Origin: Ahniellaceae bacterium
GTDB taxonomy: Bacteria > Pseudomonadota > Gammaproteobacteria > Xanthomonadales > Ahniellaceae
NCBI GenBank assembly: GCA_044221335.1
Contig: JBGAPI010000013.1
Coordinates: forward strand, 43,256 to 107,255
Length of the DNA stretch: 64,000 nt
Reading direction: 5' to 3'
The position numbers were made by a program, and so were the translations under genes. The notes below the pieces were generated by a model. That model saw only the letters and a program-made list of their open reading frames with translations, did not search any database and was not told where the DNA came from. This document shows positions 9,832 to 21,376 of the stretch, one piece after another. How positions within the stretch are numbered: position 1 is the stretch's first letter; each line of letters begins with the position of its first letter.

Positions 9832-11408
9832 ACCGTCGCAACGTCTTCCACGCCGATCGCCGCCGCTTCCTCAACCAGACCGTGCGCGCCGCGCTCGGTG
9901 GCGCAAGTCTCTACTCCGCGCTCGGCAACCTGCAGCTGGTCAATGCCGCGACCCGCCAGGCCAAGTACAGCTTCACCGACTACAAGGCGCTGGTCTGCGT
10001 GTTCCTGTACGGCGGCAACGATGGCTTCAACACCGTCGTGCCCTACACCCAGGCCAACTACAACGCCTTCTTCGGTGCCGGCGGCGTGCGGCCGCTGCTC
10101 AACCTGCCGCGTGCCAACCTGCGCCCGCTGAACATGACCGCCACCTCGGGCGACGGCATCCAGTACGCGCTGCACCCGCAGATGCCGGAGCTGGCCACGC
10201 TGTTCAACCAGGCCTCGAGCCCGCTTGCGATCCTCGCCAACGTCGGGACCCTGGTCGGTCCGGTCACCCAGAACCAGTACCTCAATTCCAATCCGGCACT
10301 CCCACCGCAGCTGTATTCGCATTCGGACCAGGCGGCCTATTGGCAGTCGTCGCCGCCGTCCAACACGCCGACCACCGGTTGGGGCGGTAAAATCTGCGAT
10401 CTGCTGAGCTCGGTGAATCCCGCCGGGGTGCCGATCATCACGTCGTTGTCGGGGCAGGATGCCTTCATCCGCGGCGACGTGGTCGACGGCTACATCATGA
10501 ACTCGCACGGAGCACTCACGCTCAATCGCCCCAACGATTCGGTCCCCAATCCGGGGAAGGACCTGACGGCCTCGTACAACGCGCTGGCGGGTAACAACAG
10601 CCAGGCGAACATGCTGGAGCGCACCTATGCGCGGACGGTGAATCACGCGATTTCCACGTCCCAGCTGATCAACGGCGCCCTGCCGGAGTTCACTCCGAAC
10701 CAGGGTTACCCCGACCTCTCCGGATTCTTCACCAACCATGCGAACAACGGCGACCTCGATCGCCAGCTGCTGACCGTTGCCCAGTTGATCTGGGCCGGAG
10801 CCACCAACAACGCCTCTGGCCTGACCGGCTCCAAGCGCCAGATCTTCTTCGTCAATGCCGGCGGCTACGACACGCACAGCGATCAGCTGAACCAGCAGGG
10901 CGGCGGTGGCAGCGTCGGGCGCGGCCTGTTGACCGCTTTGTCGCAGGCGCTGGACGGCTTCTACAAGGCCATGATCGATCGGGGATTGCAGAACAACGTC
11001 ACCCTGTTCACCGCGTCGGACTTCGGCCGCTCGATGACCAACAACTCCGACGGCACCGACCACGGCTGGTCCTCGCACCACTTCATCCTCGGTGGTGCGG
11101 TGCAGGGCGGCAAGTTCTACGGCAACGGCTGCGGCTTCAGCCCGGCGGCGAACTTCGGCACGGTGATGCCGAGCCTGACCAACCCGACGCCGTCGTCCTA
11201 CGGCGTGCCCTCGCCCAACAAGAACGACCCCGGCGACGGCAACGGCCGCCTGATCCCGACGACCTCGGTCGACCAGTACGGCGCGACGCTGGCCAACTGG
11301 TTCGGCCTGTCGGGTCCGGACATCGCGACGATCTTCCCGAACCTCAACCAGTTCTCGGCGTCGAGCGGCTACGACCCGGCGGCGGGGTATCTGAAGTTCC
11401 TGGCGTAG
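9828..11408 (+). CDS. DUF1501 family protein (sulfatase-like fold) with twin-arginine signal
   Basis: N-terminus MNRRNVFHADRRRFLNQTVRAALGGASLYSALG is a Tat motif (RRRFL). Conserved DUF1501 blocks GGNDGFNTVVP and GTDHGW. Confidence 0.8.
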   Translation: MNRRNVFHADRRRFLNQTVRAALGGASLYSALGNLQLVNAATRQAKYSFTDYKALVCVFLYGGNDGFNTVVPYTQANYNAFFGAGGVRPLLNLPRANLRPLNMTATSGDGIQYALHPQMPELATLFNQASSPLAILANVGTLVGPVTQNQYLNSNPALPPQLYSHSDQAAYWQSSPPSNTPTTGWGGKICDLLSSVNPAGVPIITSLSGQDAFIRGDVVDGYIMNSHGALTLNRPNDSVPNPGKDLTASYNALAGNNSQANMLERTYARTVNHAISTSQLINGALPEFTPNQGYPDLSGFFTNHANNGDLDRQLLTVAQLIWAGATNNASGLTGSKRQIFFVNAGGYDTHSDQLNQQGGGGSVGRGLLTALSQALDGFYKAMIDRGLQNNVTLFTASDFGRSMTNNSDGTDHGWSSHHFILGGAVQGGKFYGNGCGFSPAANFGTVMPSLTNPTPSSYGVPSPNKNDPGDGNGRLIPTTSVDQYGATLANWFGLSGPDIATIFPNLNQFSASSGYDPAAGYLKFLA

Positions 11409-11411
11409 GGT

Positions 11412-11518
11412 GCGCTTGCTCTTGTGGGAGGGGCGCAAGCCCCGATCGCGGCGCATCGATTCGCGCCGAAGCTCTGGGCTTGCGCCCCTCCCACATCGCG
11501 GCTTGCGCCGCTCCCACA
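11412..11518. repeat. REP2 cluster: units of tgtgggag(g/c)ggcgcaagcc(c/g)cgatcg in alternating orientation
   Basis: Three units. Same family at 16573-16745 and degenerate copies at 48233-48325 and 44395-44420. Confidence 0.8.
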
Positions 11519-11523
11519 ATCGC

Positions 11524-13146
11524 CTACGGCTCGTCGTCGCCACTCGCCGCCCGCTTGCCCGCCAGCCACACCGACGCCTTCCACAGCGCGACCTGCCGCT
11601 GCCGGAACGGCTGCGCGATCAGCGGGCCGGCGTCGCCGGCGGGCAGGTCGCCGCGCGGGTATTCGACCAGCAGGCCGTCGGGATTGGCCTCGGCCCAGGC
11701 CTCGACGCCGTCGCGCGGCAGCGCCTGAACCGGCGACGTGAGTCGACCGAGGAACTGGAACTGCCCCTCGTAGGTGCCGACGTGAGCGACCGGATGGCCG
11801 GCGCGCTGCGCATCGGCGATCGCCGTCGCGATCGCGGAGAGGTCGAAGCCGCGGTAGCCGCGTACGCTGAAGGCGGCGTGGGCGAAGGCGGTCGCGACAG
11901 TGGCGGCGCAGGCGATCGCGACGACCTGACGCGACAACGGCCGCGCGCGCCAGAGCGCGAGCGCGGACAGCGTCGTGGCGATGCCGTACCAGCGCGGCGC
12001 GACGGCCATGTCGTTCAGCCAGAGGAGCTTCGACGGCCAGCGCGCCAGCAGTTCCGGCAGGAAGGCGAGGCCGAGGCCGAGCACGAGCAGGGCGAGGCCG
12101 ACCAGCCAGGCCGGTCGCGCGTCGTCCCCGGGCCGTGCGACGAGCAGGCCGGCGAGCAGCACCGCGAAGCCGGCGAACTCCGGCAGCAGGTAGTAGACCT
12201 GCTTGCCGCTGACCACCGAGAACACGAGGAAGGTTGCCGCCAGCCAGACGACGCAGAAGCGGCTGCCGTCGTCGAGCGCGCCGCGCAGCTTCGCCAGCGC
12301 GGCGAGCGCCGGGCGCCAGTACAGCCAAGGGAACAGCAGCACCGGCAGTACCGGCACGACGTACCACCACAGCGGCCGCGCGTGGTCGAAGCTCTGCACC
12401 ACCCGGCCCGCGGTCTGCGTCCACAGCAGCATGTGGCGGTACTCGGGGCCGCCAAAGACCACCGCCGGCACGACCCACAGCGCGAACAACCCGGCGCCGG
12501 CGACGAGCGCGATCGCGCCATTGCGGTACCAGCGCAGCCGATCCTCCCGCGCGGCGGCGGCCCACCACGGCCCGGCGATCAGCGCCGGCGCGACGTGCAG
12601 CAGCATCACCGGGCCCTTGGTCAGCAGCCCGAGGGCGACCGCGACCGCGAAGCCGCGCCAGCTCGGCCGCGCCCCCGGGCGCTCGCCGCGTGCCATTGCC
12701 ACCAGCGCGCCGAGCACGCAGGCGGTCAGCAGGATCTCGTACATCAGCTGCAGCGCGAACAGGAAGTAGTAGGCGCCGCCGGCGAGGATCCACGGCGCCA
12801 GCCGGGCCGCGAGTGGCCGGTCCGGATACAGCGCACTGGCGAGCCGGCCGGCCAGCGCGAGCGTCGTCGCGCCGATCAGCACCTCGAGCGCGCGCGGCCA
12901 CAGATCGGACGGACCGGTGACGGCCCAGCCGGCGTGGATCAGCCAGTACAGCAGCGGCGTCTTGTGGCTGTAGGGCGCGCCGTTGAGGTAGGGCACCAGG
13001 AAGTCGCCGCGGATCCACATCTCCCAGGCCGCCGACAGCGTGCGGGTCGAATACAGCGGCTGCGGGCCGTGCAGGAAGATCGACACCCCGGCGACGGCGA
13101 GCCAGAACAGGCACCACAGCGGGACGCGTCGCGGGTCGAGGCTCAT
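11524..13146 (-). CDS. Glycosyltransferase family 39 (ArnT/PMT-like undecaprenyl-phosphate sugar transferase)
   Basis: Start MSLDPRRVPLWCLFWLAVAGVSIF. Multi-TM N-terminal region with ArnT-like loop motifs (DEPRY-like region FLVPYLNGAPYSHKTPLLYWL). The ATG overlaps the stop of the upstream gene (ATGA). Confidence 0.75.
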   Translation of the reverse strand: MSLDPRRVPLWCLFWLAVAGVSIFLHGPQPLYSTRTLSAAWEMWIRGDFLVPYLNGAPYSHKTPLLYWLIHAGWAVTGPSDLWPRALEVLIGATTLALAGRLASALYPDRPLAARLAPWILAGGAYYFLFALQLMYEILLTACVLGALVAMARGERPGARPSWRGFAVAVALGLLTKGPVMLLHVAPALIAGPWWAAAAREDRLRWYRNGAIALVAGAGLFALWVVPAVVFGGPEYRHMLLWTQTAGRVVQSFDHARPLWWYVVPVLPVLLFPWLYWRPALAALAKLRGALDDGSRFCVVWLAATFLVFSVVSGKQVYYLLPEFAGFAVLLAGLLVARPGDDARPAWLVGLALLVLGLGLAFLPELLARWPSKLLWLNDMAVAPRWYGIATTLSALALWRARPLSRQVVAIACAATVATAFAHAAFSVRGYRGFDLSAIATAIADAQRAGHPVAHVGTYEGQFQFLGRLTSPVQALPRDGVEAWAEANPDGLLVEYPRGDLPAGDAGPLIAQPFRQRQVALWKASVWLAGKRAASGDDEP

Positions 13147-14210
13147 GGCTTCCAGTATCCCAGCTTCGCCCGCATCTCCAGGCGGCGCCACAGGTTGAGC
13201 GGCTTTGGGCGAAGGCCGCTGCGGCCGTCGGCGAGAAACGCATCGACCGCGGCCAGCACGCGTTCGCTGGCGCGACCGTCGCGCTCGGGATGGATCGCGT
13301 CGGCGTTGGCGGCGAGGGCGGCGCGGAGCGTCTCGTCGGGCGACAGCGCGCGCGACAGCGCCGCCGGCAGCTCCGCGACCTCGCGCACGTCGAGCATGTA
13401 GGGCTTCGGTGCACGGTTGCGGAAGGTCACCACCGGCCGGCCCTGCACCGCGAACTCCGGAAGGATCGACGAGGTGTCGGCGAGCAGCACCTCGGCGGCG
13501 GCGAGCATCGCCACCAGCTGTTCGGTCTCGACGAACGCCGCGTTGCGGCCGGCCAGTGCGCGGTAGCGCTCGGTCAGCTCGCGCGGACATTTCGGGTGCA
13601 GCGTGAGCAGCCAGAAATGCTCGCCGCGGGCGATCTCGGCGGCCAGCCAGTCGAACAGCAGGGGCGCACAGGACAGACGCTCGGTGAAGGTCGAGCCGAA
13701 CGCCAGCACCCGCCGCCCCGCCGCCGGGGCACGCAGTCCGGCGATCGTGGCGGCGTCGGGACGGAACAGCGGATCGAGCTTCGGCCAGCCGGTCTCGGCG
13801 ACGCGGAAATGCGGGTCGCGCGCGGCGATCGCCTGGAACGGCGCCGTGGTCGCCGGTCCCTGGGTGCAATACAGGTCGAACAGGCCGCGGATGCGGAAGT
13901 GGCCCTTGGCCTCGGAGCGCTTCTCGACGTTGAAGCCGTGGAAGACCTGCACCTTGATCCCGGGGAAGAACCCGGGAATCCAGTTGCTCGCCGCGAGCGA
14001 GGCCTCGGCGTCGAAGCGGCGCACCGCGTCGACGCTGTCGAGCAGCCGGCCGAGGTGCTCCTCGTGGATCGACCGGTCCGGCAGGTCGAAGCCATGCAGG
14101 AACCAGGCGACCTCGTCGCCACGCGCCCGCGCGGCGCGCGCCAGCGGGGCCAGGATCGGAATGGCGTAGCGCTCGGCGCCGAACAGCAGCAGGCGGCGGC
14201 CGGAACTCAT
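13143..14210 (-). CDS. CDP-glycerol glycerophosphotransferase (TagB/TagF)-like family protein
   Basis: 355 aa. Conserved blocks VQVFHGFNVEKR and KGHF, characteristic of the Glyphos_transf fold. Operonic with the GT39 and hexapeptide genes. Confidence 0.55.
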   Translation of the reverse strand: MSSGRRLLLFGAERYAIPILAPLARAARARGDEVAWFLHGFDLPDRSIHEEHLGRLLDSVDAVRRFDAEASLAASNWIPGFFPGIKVQVFHGFNVEKRSEAKGHFRIRGLFDLYCTQGPATTAPFQAIAARDPHFRVAETGWPKLDPLFRPDAATIAGLRAPAAGRRVLAFGSTFTERLSCAPLLFDWLAAEIARGEHFWLLTLHPKCPRELTERYRALAGRNAAFVETEQLVAMLAAAEVLLADTSSILPEFAVQGRPVVTFRNRAPKPYMLDVREVAELPAALSRALSPDETLRAALAANADAIHPERDGRASERVLAAVDAFLADGRSGLRPKPLNLWRRLEMRAKLGYWKP

Positions 14211-14249
14211 CGGCTGGCCCTCGTCACCACGTGGCGGCGCCGGATCGCT

Positions 14250-14777
14250 TCAACCGAGATACTCGTTCTTCAGGCGCACGTAGTGCATCGCGGAATACTG
14301 CAGCTGCTCGATCTGGGTGTCGGTCAGCCGCCGCACCAGCCGTGCCGGATTGCCGAGCCACAGCTCGCCGCTGCCGACGACCTTGCCCGGCGACACCACC
14401 GCGCCGGCACCGACGAAGGCATGCTTCTTCACGACCGCGCCGTCGAGCACGGTCGCGTGCATTCCGATGAGGCAGCAGTCCTCGAGCGTGCAGGCGTGGA
14501 TCACCGCCGCATGGCCGATGGTGACGTCGTCGCCGATCAGCGTCGGAAAGCCCTCGGGCGTGTAGGTACCGTCGTGGGTGACGTGGACGATGGTGCCGTC
14601 CTGGATGTTGGTCCGCTTCCCGATGCGGATGTGCATGACGTCGCCGCGCACCACCGTGCCCGGCCAGATCGAGGAGTCGTCGCCGATCTCGACGTCGCCG
14701 ATCACGGTCGCGGCGGGATCGACGTAGACGCCCGCGCCGAGCTTCGGCAGGCGGCCTTTGTAGGGACGGATGTTCAT
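14250..14777 (-). CDS. Gamma-class carbonic anhydrase / left-handed beta-helix (hexapeptide) family protein
   Basis: MNIRPYKGRLPKLGAGVYVDPAATVIGDVEIGDDSSIWPGTVVRGD with hexapeptide repeats. Resembles the YrdA/PaaY/CaiE family. An alternative upstream start lies at 14810. Confidence 0.8.
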   Translation of the reverse strand: MNIRPYKGRLPKLGAGVYVDPAATVIGDVEIGDDSSIWPGTVVRGDVMHIRIGKRTNIQDGTIVHVTHDGTYTPEGFPTLIGDDVTIGHAAVIHACTLEDCCLIGMHATVLDGAVVKKHAFVGAGAVVSPGKVVGSGELWLGNPARLVRRLTDTQIEQLQYSAMHYVRLKNEYLG

Positions 14778-14879
14778 GGTCGGGCGTCGGTGGGCGAATG
14801 GGCCGGACATTGTGCCATCGGTCGCCCTGCCCCGAGGTCACGGATTGAGCCGTGGCCGCGCTTTTGGCACTCTGCCGGG

Positions 14880-15719
14880 ATGCTCACCGACGAAGCGCTC
14901 CGCCACTTCCACGAGCACGGCTACGTCACCTTGCCGGGCTTCAAGTCCGCCGCCGAGATCGCGGCGCTGCGGGCACGCGCCGACGAGATCGTCGAGGCCT
15001 TCGACGCCGACCGCCATCGCAGCATCTTCACCACCCGCGACCAGGCGCTCGCCACCGACCGCTATTTCCTCGACTCGGCCGACGCGGTGTGCTGCTTCTT
15101 CGAGGAGGAAGCCTTCGCCGAGGACGGCACGCTGCGCCAGGCCAAGGCGCTGTCGATCAACAAGATCGGCCACGCGCTGCACGATCGCGACCCGGTGTTC
15201 GACGCCTTCTCGCGCGGCCCCGCGCTGGACGCGATCGCTCGAGCCCTGGGTCTGGTCGAGCCCCTGATCTGGCAGTCGATGTACATCTTCAAGCAGCCCG
15301 GCATCGGCGGCGAGGTCGGCTGGCACCAGGACGCGACCTTCTTCGACACCGTGCCGACCAGCGTGACGACGTTCTGGTTCGCGCTGGAGGACGCCAGCCT
15401 CGCCAACGGCTGCCTGTGGGTCGAGCCCGGCGGCCACCGCGGCCCCTTGCGGCAGCGCTTCGTGCGCGACGGCGACCGCGTCGAGATGCACGCGCTCGAC
15501 CCGACGCCCTGGCCCGGTCCCGACGGCGCGCGCCCCCTCGAAGTGCCGGCCGGGACGCTGGTCTGCTTCCACGGCCTGCTGCCGCACTACAGCGCGCCGA
15601 ACCGCTCGGCGATCTCGCGCCACGCCTACACCCTGCATGTCACCGACGCGCGCTGTCATTACGCCGAATCGAACTGGCTCCGGCGCGAAGCGTCATTTCC
15701 GGTGCGCGGCTTCGTGTAG
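14880..15719 (+). CDS. Phytanoyl-CoA dioxygenase (PhyH) family Fe(II)/2-oxoglutarate oxygenase
   Basis: Conserved WHQD...H facial triad region (GWHQDATFF ... FHGLLPHYSAPN). 279 aa, divergent from the hexapeptide gene. Confidence 0.8.
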   Translation: MLTDEALRHFHEHGYVTLPGFKSAAEIAALRARADEIVEAFDADRHRSIFTTRDQALATDRYFLDSADAVCCFFEEEAFAEDGTLRQAKALSINKIGHALHDRDPVFDAFSRGPALDAIARALGLVEPLIWQSMYIFKQPGIGGEVGWHQDATFFDTVPTSVTTFWFALEDASLANGCLWVEPGGHRGPLRQRFVRDGDRVEMHALDPTPWPGPDGARPLEVPAGTLVCFHGLLPHYSAPNRSAISRHAYTLHVTDARCHYAESNWLRREASFPVRGFV

Positions 15720-15740
15720 GGCGCGCACTGCGCGCCATCG
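15703..15740. repeat. REP3 unit (gtagggcgcgcactgcgcgccatcgcg)
   Basis: Palindromic stem gcgcgcactgcgcgc. Same family at 27418-27462, 35646-35750 and 46912-47151. Confidence 0.75.
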
Positions 15741-15834
15741 CGAAACCCCCGCGGACTCGCGTCGATCCCCCGATCGCCATCGCAGCGCATCCATCCGAGC
15801 CCGTCGCGACGGCACGCAGGGCGCGCGCTGCGAA

Positions 15835-16283
15835 CTACGGCCGGAACTTGTCCCGCCGGTCGCGCTGCAGCTTCTGCTCCGTGAAGATCTTCGTGATCAG
15901 GCCCTTCGCGGTCTGCGCCTTGAACCAGGCCCACAGGATTGCGGGCAGATTCATGATCGGAACCAGGAAGGCGAGCAGGAAGAACAGCTGCACCGAGGCC
16001 GTGATCCGCGCGCCCATGTATTTCCCGATGCCCTCATAGCGACTGTCGGCGAGGGCCAGATCGAGCTGGCGGTAGACCATCAGGAAGCCGACGATGCCGA
16101 AGGCCGCGGCGATCACCCACGCCAGGCCCATGAAGGTCTTGTTGAACAGCGGCAGCGTCGGCATCGCCAGGCGGATCAGGTAGGGCGACTCGGCGACGAA
16201 GGCGATGAACAGGACCCACTGGGCGAAGCTGAGATTGCGCTTCAGGCGTTCGTAGGCGGCGTTCTCGCGAAGCTGGCTCATCG
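15835..16283 (-). CDS. Small integral membrane protein (hypothetical)
   Basis: MSQLRENAAYERLKRNLSFAQWVLFIAFVAE... with 3-4 TM helices. 149 aa, good GC3. Confidence 0.55.
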
Positions 16284-16387
16284 GGGTGGAGACGGCAGTG
16301 AATGGGCCGCGAATCGTAGCGAAAGACCTTGGGGCGGGCACGGCCTGCGGTGGCCGCGGCGCATCGCGATGGCGGGCCGGACCCGTC

Positions 16388-16576
16388 CTACGAATCGGCG
16401 ATGGCGTCGATCGCGACCAGCCCGTTCTCGTCGCACTCGACCACCAGCAGCATCGGCTTGCAGCACACGCTGCAGTCCTCCACGTAGCGCTGCCGCTCGA
16501 CCGAGCCGTCGATCTCGACCTCGATCTCTTCGCCGCAGTAGGGGCAACTGATCTGGGCGAATTCGAGCGACGACAT
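16388..16576 (-). CDS. CPXCG-motif cysteine-rich zinc-ribbon protein
   Basis: MSSLEFAQISCPYCGEEIEVEIDGSVERQRYVEDCSVCCKPMLLVVECDENG. Two Cys pairs (CPYCG ... CSVCC). 62 aa. Confidence 0.7.
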   Translation of the reverse strand: MSSLEFAQISCPYCGEEIEVEIDGSVERQRYVEDCSVCCKPMLLVVECDENGLVAIDAIADS

Positions 16577-16745
16577 GGCCAATCCTTGTGGGAGCGGCGC
16601 GAGCCGCGATGTTTGAGGGGCGCGAGCCCCGATCGTAACGCCAGTCCGAAGCGTCGCGATCGGGGCTTGCGCCCCTCCCACAAAGGCATCGGGGCTCGCG
16701 CCCCCTCCCACAAGAGCATCGGGGCTTGCGCCGCTCCTGCGACAG
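16573..16745. repeat. REP2 cluster (5 units, alternating orientation)
   Basis: gtgggagcggcgcgagccgcgatg ... cgatcggggcttgcgcccctcccacaa ... repeated. Confidence 0.8.
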
Positions 16746-16750
16746 TCGAG

Positions 16751-18094
16751 CTAGAACGAGTACTTCGCGACCAGGTGCACCCGGTTCTCGTCGCCGTCCG
16801 CACCGCTTTCGAGCTCCCGTCGCGCGTGGATGAACTCGACGCCGACGTCGACCTTCGGGGCCGGGGTGTAGAACAGGTTGGCGTGCAGGCTGGACGAGGA
16901 CTTCGAGGCGTTGGCGCCGCCGGTGGCGAGGTCGTTGTCGTAGCGCTCGGCGGCGTAGAACAGGTTGCCGCGCACGGTGTCGTTGAACAGGTGGCGGTAG
17001 CCGACGAAACCGGCCCAGCCGCGCAGCGCGTCGAGATTGCCGGAGGCGTCGACGACCGCGTCGTTGGCGAAGTTGAGGGCGACGTAGCGGCCGAAGCCGC
17101 GGCCACCGGTCAGGCCCCAGCGCAGGTCATCCTTGCCGACCATGTACTTGCCGGTGAAGCTCGCCGCGGCTCCGACCACGCTGTCGTCGATCGCAGTGCT
17201 GCCGACCGTCTGGTAGCGGATCTGCCGGAGCAGGCCGCCGAGCGACATCGAGCCCCAGTCGCCCTTCCAGGTGTACTTCGCGGTGAGGTCGGGAAGGTTG
17301 TTGTCGTCGGAGGAGATCCTTGTTCCGCCGTGGAAGGGCGTGATCGTGCTCTCCGGATTCTCCAGCGAGAACGACCAGGGGCCGTGGGTGTAGCGCACCT
17401 GCGGCTGCCGCACGAACACGGTGCCGTCGGTCGGACCGATCAGGTCGGCGGACTCGGTCAGCGCGTTCACGTCCATGAAGTTCGACCAGGTCTGGCCGAC
17501 CAGCCAGTGGTCCCAGTAGGCATAGGCATGGCGCAGCGTCGCGCCGTAGGTATTGGTCGCGCGCTGGTCGCCGAGCGAGGCGCCGAAGAAGTCGAACTCG
17601 ACGTGCGCGCCGGCCTTGCCGCCGGACGCGGTCGGGCTGTTCACCTCGAACCACAGCCGCGAGAACTGCGCGTGGCCGTTGAGGTCGGTGCCTTCGCTCT
17701 TCGCGCCGACCGGGATCAGTCCCGGGATGTAGAGGTCGCGCGCCGTCGAACTGTCGGCGATCTCGCCGTCGCTGGTCTTGGTGTACAGACCTTCCAGCTT
17801 GACGAAGCCGCCGAAGGTGAACTTGGTGCCGGCGGCGGCACCCGGCGTGATCGTCGTGTCCTGGATCGGCGCCGGCGCGCCGGGCTTGGCGGGCGCCGCG
17901 GCGACGGCCGGGGCCGCCGGCGCGCTCCTCTGCGCCTTCAGTTCGGCGAGTACCGCCTGCAGCTGCTTCTCCAGTTCGGTCACGCGCGCCTCGAGCTGGA
18001 CCTCCTTCGCGCTGTCGGCATAGGCGAAGTCGGCACCGAGGGAGGAGGCCGCCAGCAGGGCGGTCAACACGAGGTAACGGGGCAGTGGGGTCAT
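16751..18094 (-). CDS. DcaP-like outer-membrane porin (N-terminal coiled coil plus beta-barrel)
   Basis: Signal peptide MTPLPRYLVLTALLAASSLGADFAYA. Coiled-coil segment LEARVTELEKQLQAVLAELKAQ. Long beta-strand-rich region ending in a C-terminal aromatic residue (KYSF). Divergent from acs. Confidence 0.75.
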   Translation of the reverse strand: MTPLPRYLVLTALLAASSLGADFAYADSAKEVQLEARVTELEKQLQAVLAELKAQRSAPAAPAVAAAPAKPGAPAPIQDTTITPGAAAGTKFTFGGFVKLEGLYTKTSDGEIADSSTARDLYIPGLIPVGAKSEGTDLNGHAQFSRLWFEVNSPTASGGKAGAHVEFDFFGASLGDQRATNTYGATLRHAYAYWDHWLVGQTWSNFMDVNALTESADLIGPTDGTVFVRQPQVRYTHGPWSFSLENPESTITPFHGGTRISSDDNNLPDLTAKYTWKGDWGSMSLGGLLRQIRYQTVGSTAIDDSVVGAAASFTGKYMVGKDDLRWGLTGGRGFGRYVALNFANDAVVDASGNLDALRGWAGFVGYRHLFNDTVRGNLFYAAERYDNDLATGGANASKSSSSLHANLFYTPAPKVDVGVEFIHARRELESGADGDENRVHLVAKYSF

Positions 18095-18118
18095 CGGGAT
18101 CGCTCCATCCGAAGTCTG

Positions 18119-18134
18119 GGAACAGTGTTGTTCC
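18119..18134. promoter_or_regulatory. Perfect palindrome GGAACA-gtgt-TGTTCC in the porin/acs divergent intergenic region
   Basis: 6-4-6 inverted repeat, 25 bp upstream of the porin ATG and 232 bp upstream of acs. A related TGTTCG-a-CGAACG palindrome lies at 25060-25074 between crbS and DUF485-actP. Confidence 0.4.
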
Positions 18135-18365
18135 GTGGGCCCGCGGGGTTCTTGTCCCAGGTCAGGTCGGCGCTGGATTCCCGCGATGAACCGGCGGCGG
18201 GCGATCCACGTTCCTCCCCGAGCGTGGCGGCGACCGCACGATGCGCGCCGCAGCCGGAGGCGGCCATACGCCTTTGGTCGAATTCGCCGCGGAATCCGAC
18301 TAAGGTCTAGTGCCCAGCGCGCGTGTTGCGGCGCAAGGTGACGTCCTCGAAACCGGAGCATCGCG

Positions 18366-20306
<1,941 letters not shown>

Positions 20307-20345
20307 ACCGTCTTCGGCGCGCCGTTCGCCCGGCGCGCGACTCTC

Positions 20346-20446
20346 CCGTCATTGCGAGCGCAGCGAAGCAATCCAGCGCCTTGCTCTGGCACTGGAGTGT
20401 CGAAACGCGAAGGCTCTGGACTGCTTCGCTGCGCCCGCAATGACGA
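20346..20446. repeat. REP1 element
   Basis: cccgtcattgcgagcgcagcgaagcaatccagcgcc ... ctgcttcgctgcgcccgcaatgacg. Confidence 0.85.
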
Positions 20447-20480
20447 TTCCGTGTTTCCTGATCGCCGAACGCCGACCCTG

Positions 20481-21146
20481 ATGCCTGCCATCCTCCTCGC
20501 CGACGACCATCCACTGTTCCGCGACGCCCTCACCGGCGCCGTTCGGCTGGCTGTGGACGGAGCGCAGGTGTTCAGTGCGGCGGACGTCGGCACCCTGCTC
20601 GCGCTGATCGAGCAGCATCCGGATGCCGACCTCTTGCTGCTCGATCTCAACATGCCCGGTGCCAACGGCTTCTCGGCGCTGGTGCACGTGCGCGCGTCCT
20701 GGCCCGGGCTGCCGGTCGTGGTGGTGTCGGCGCGCGAGGATGCGTCGACGATGCGTCGCGCTCTGGCGCACGGCGCTGCCGGCTTCATCCCGAAATCCGC
20801 CGACGCCACGATCCTGGTCACTGCACTGTCGACCGTGCTCGACGGCGGCACCTGGGCGCCGGTCGAGGCGCGGCAGCCCAGCGCGCTGGCGCCCGAAGAA
20901 GCGGCCCTCGCGCGCCGGCTGTCCGAACTGACCCCGGCGCAGTTCCGGGTGCTCGGCATGGTCGCCAACGGCCTGCTCAACAAGCAGATCGCCTTCGAGC
21001 TGGAGGTCTCCGAGGCCACCGTGAAGGCCCACATGACGGCGGTGATGCGCAAGCTCGGGGTGCACACGCGGACCCAGGCGGTGATGCTGGTCGGCAAGCT
21101 GGCATTGGACCAGGCGGATGTGCGGTTGCCGGTGGAAGAGGGCTGA
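20481..21146 (+). CDS. LuxR-family response regulator, CrbR-like (acetate-switch regulator)
   Basis: REC domain (LLADDHPLFRDAL ... LLLLDLNMPGANG) plus LuxR HTH (LTPAQFRVLGMVANGLLNKQIAFELEVSEATVKAHMTAVMRKL). Located between acs and an SSF-fused hybrid kinase. Confidence 0.8.
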   Translation: MPAILLADDHPLFRDALTGAVRLAVDGAQVFSAADVGTLLALIEQHPDADLLLLDLNMPGANGFSALVHVRASWPGLPVVVVSAREDASTMRRALAHGAAGFIPKSADATILVTALSTVLDGGTWAPVEARQPSALAPEEAALARRLSELTPAQFRVLGMVANGLLNKQIAFELEVSEATVKAHMTAVMRKLGVHTRTQAVMLVGKLALDQADVRLPVEEG

Positions 21147-21204
21147 ACCTGGGTGCGTCTTGGACGCAGCAGCCCGCCAACGCCTCGCACGCGCGGCGGA
21201 CGAT

Positions 21205-21376
21205 CCGTCATTGCGGGGGATCGCTTCGACGACGACGCAATCCTAGCCCTTGCTGTTCGCCTCGGGAGCGGGCTGACGAAGGCGCTGGACTGCTTCGCTG
21301 CGCTCGCAATGACGGAAGTGTTGCTTCACTGCGCTCGCCATGGCGAGGGTGCTGGTCGCGGCGCTCGCAGTGACGA
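21205..21376. repeat. REP1 element (full copy 21205-21316) plus degenerate half-copies
   Basis: ccgtcattgcggg ... ggcgctggactgcttcgctgcgctcgcaatgacgg, followed by cactgcgctcgccatggcgag and gcgctcgcagtgacgag. Confidence 0.75.

Noticed and set aside
9684-13869. Several 600-780-aa ORFs (9684-11543 minus, 11369-13414 minus, 11410-13401 plus, 11524-13869 minus)
   Set aside because: Only 11524-13146 (minus) is a coherent GT39 membrane protein. The others are antisense or shifted-frame, Arg/Ala-rich artefacts, or extensions across the ATGA junction.
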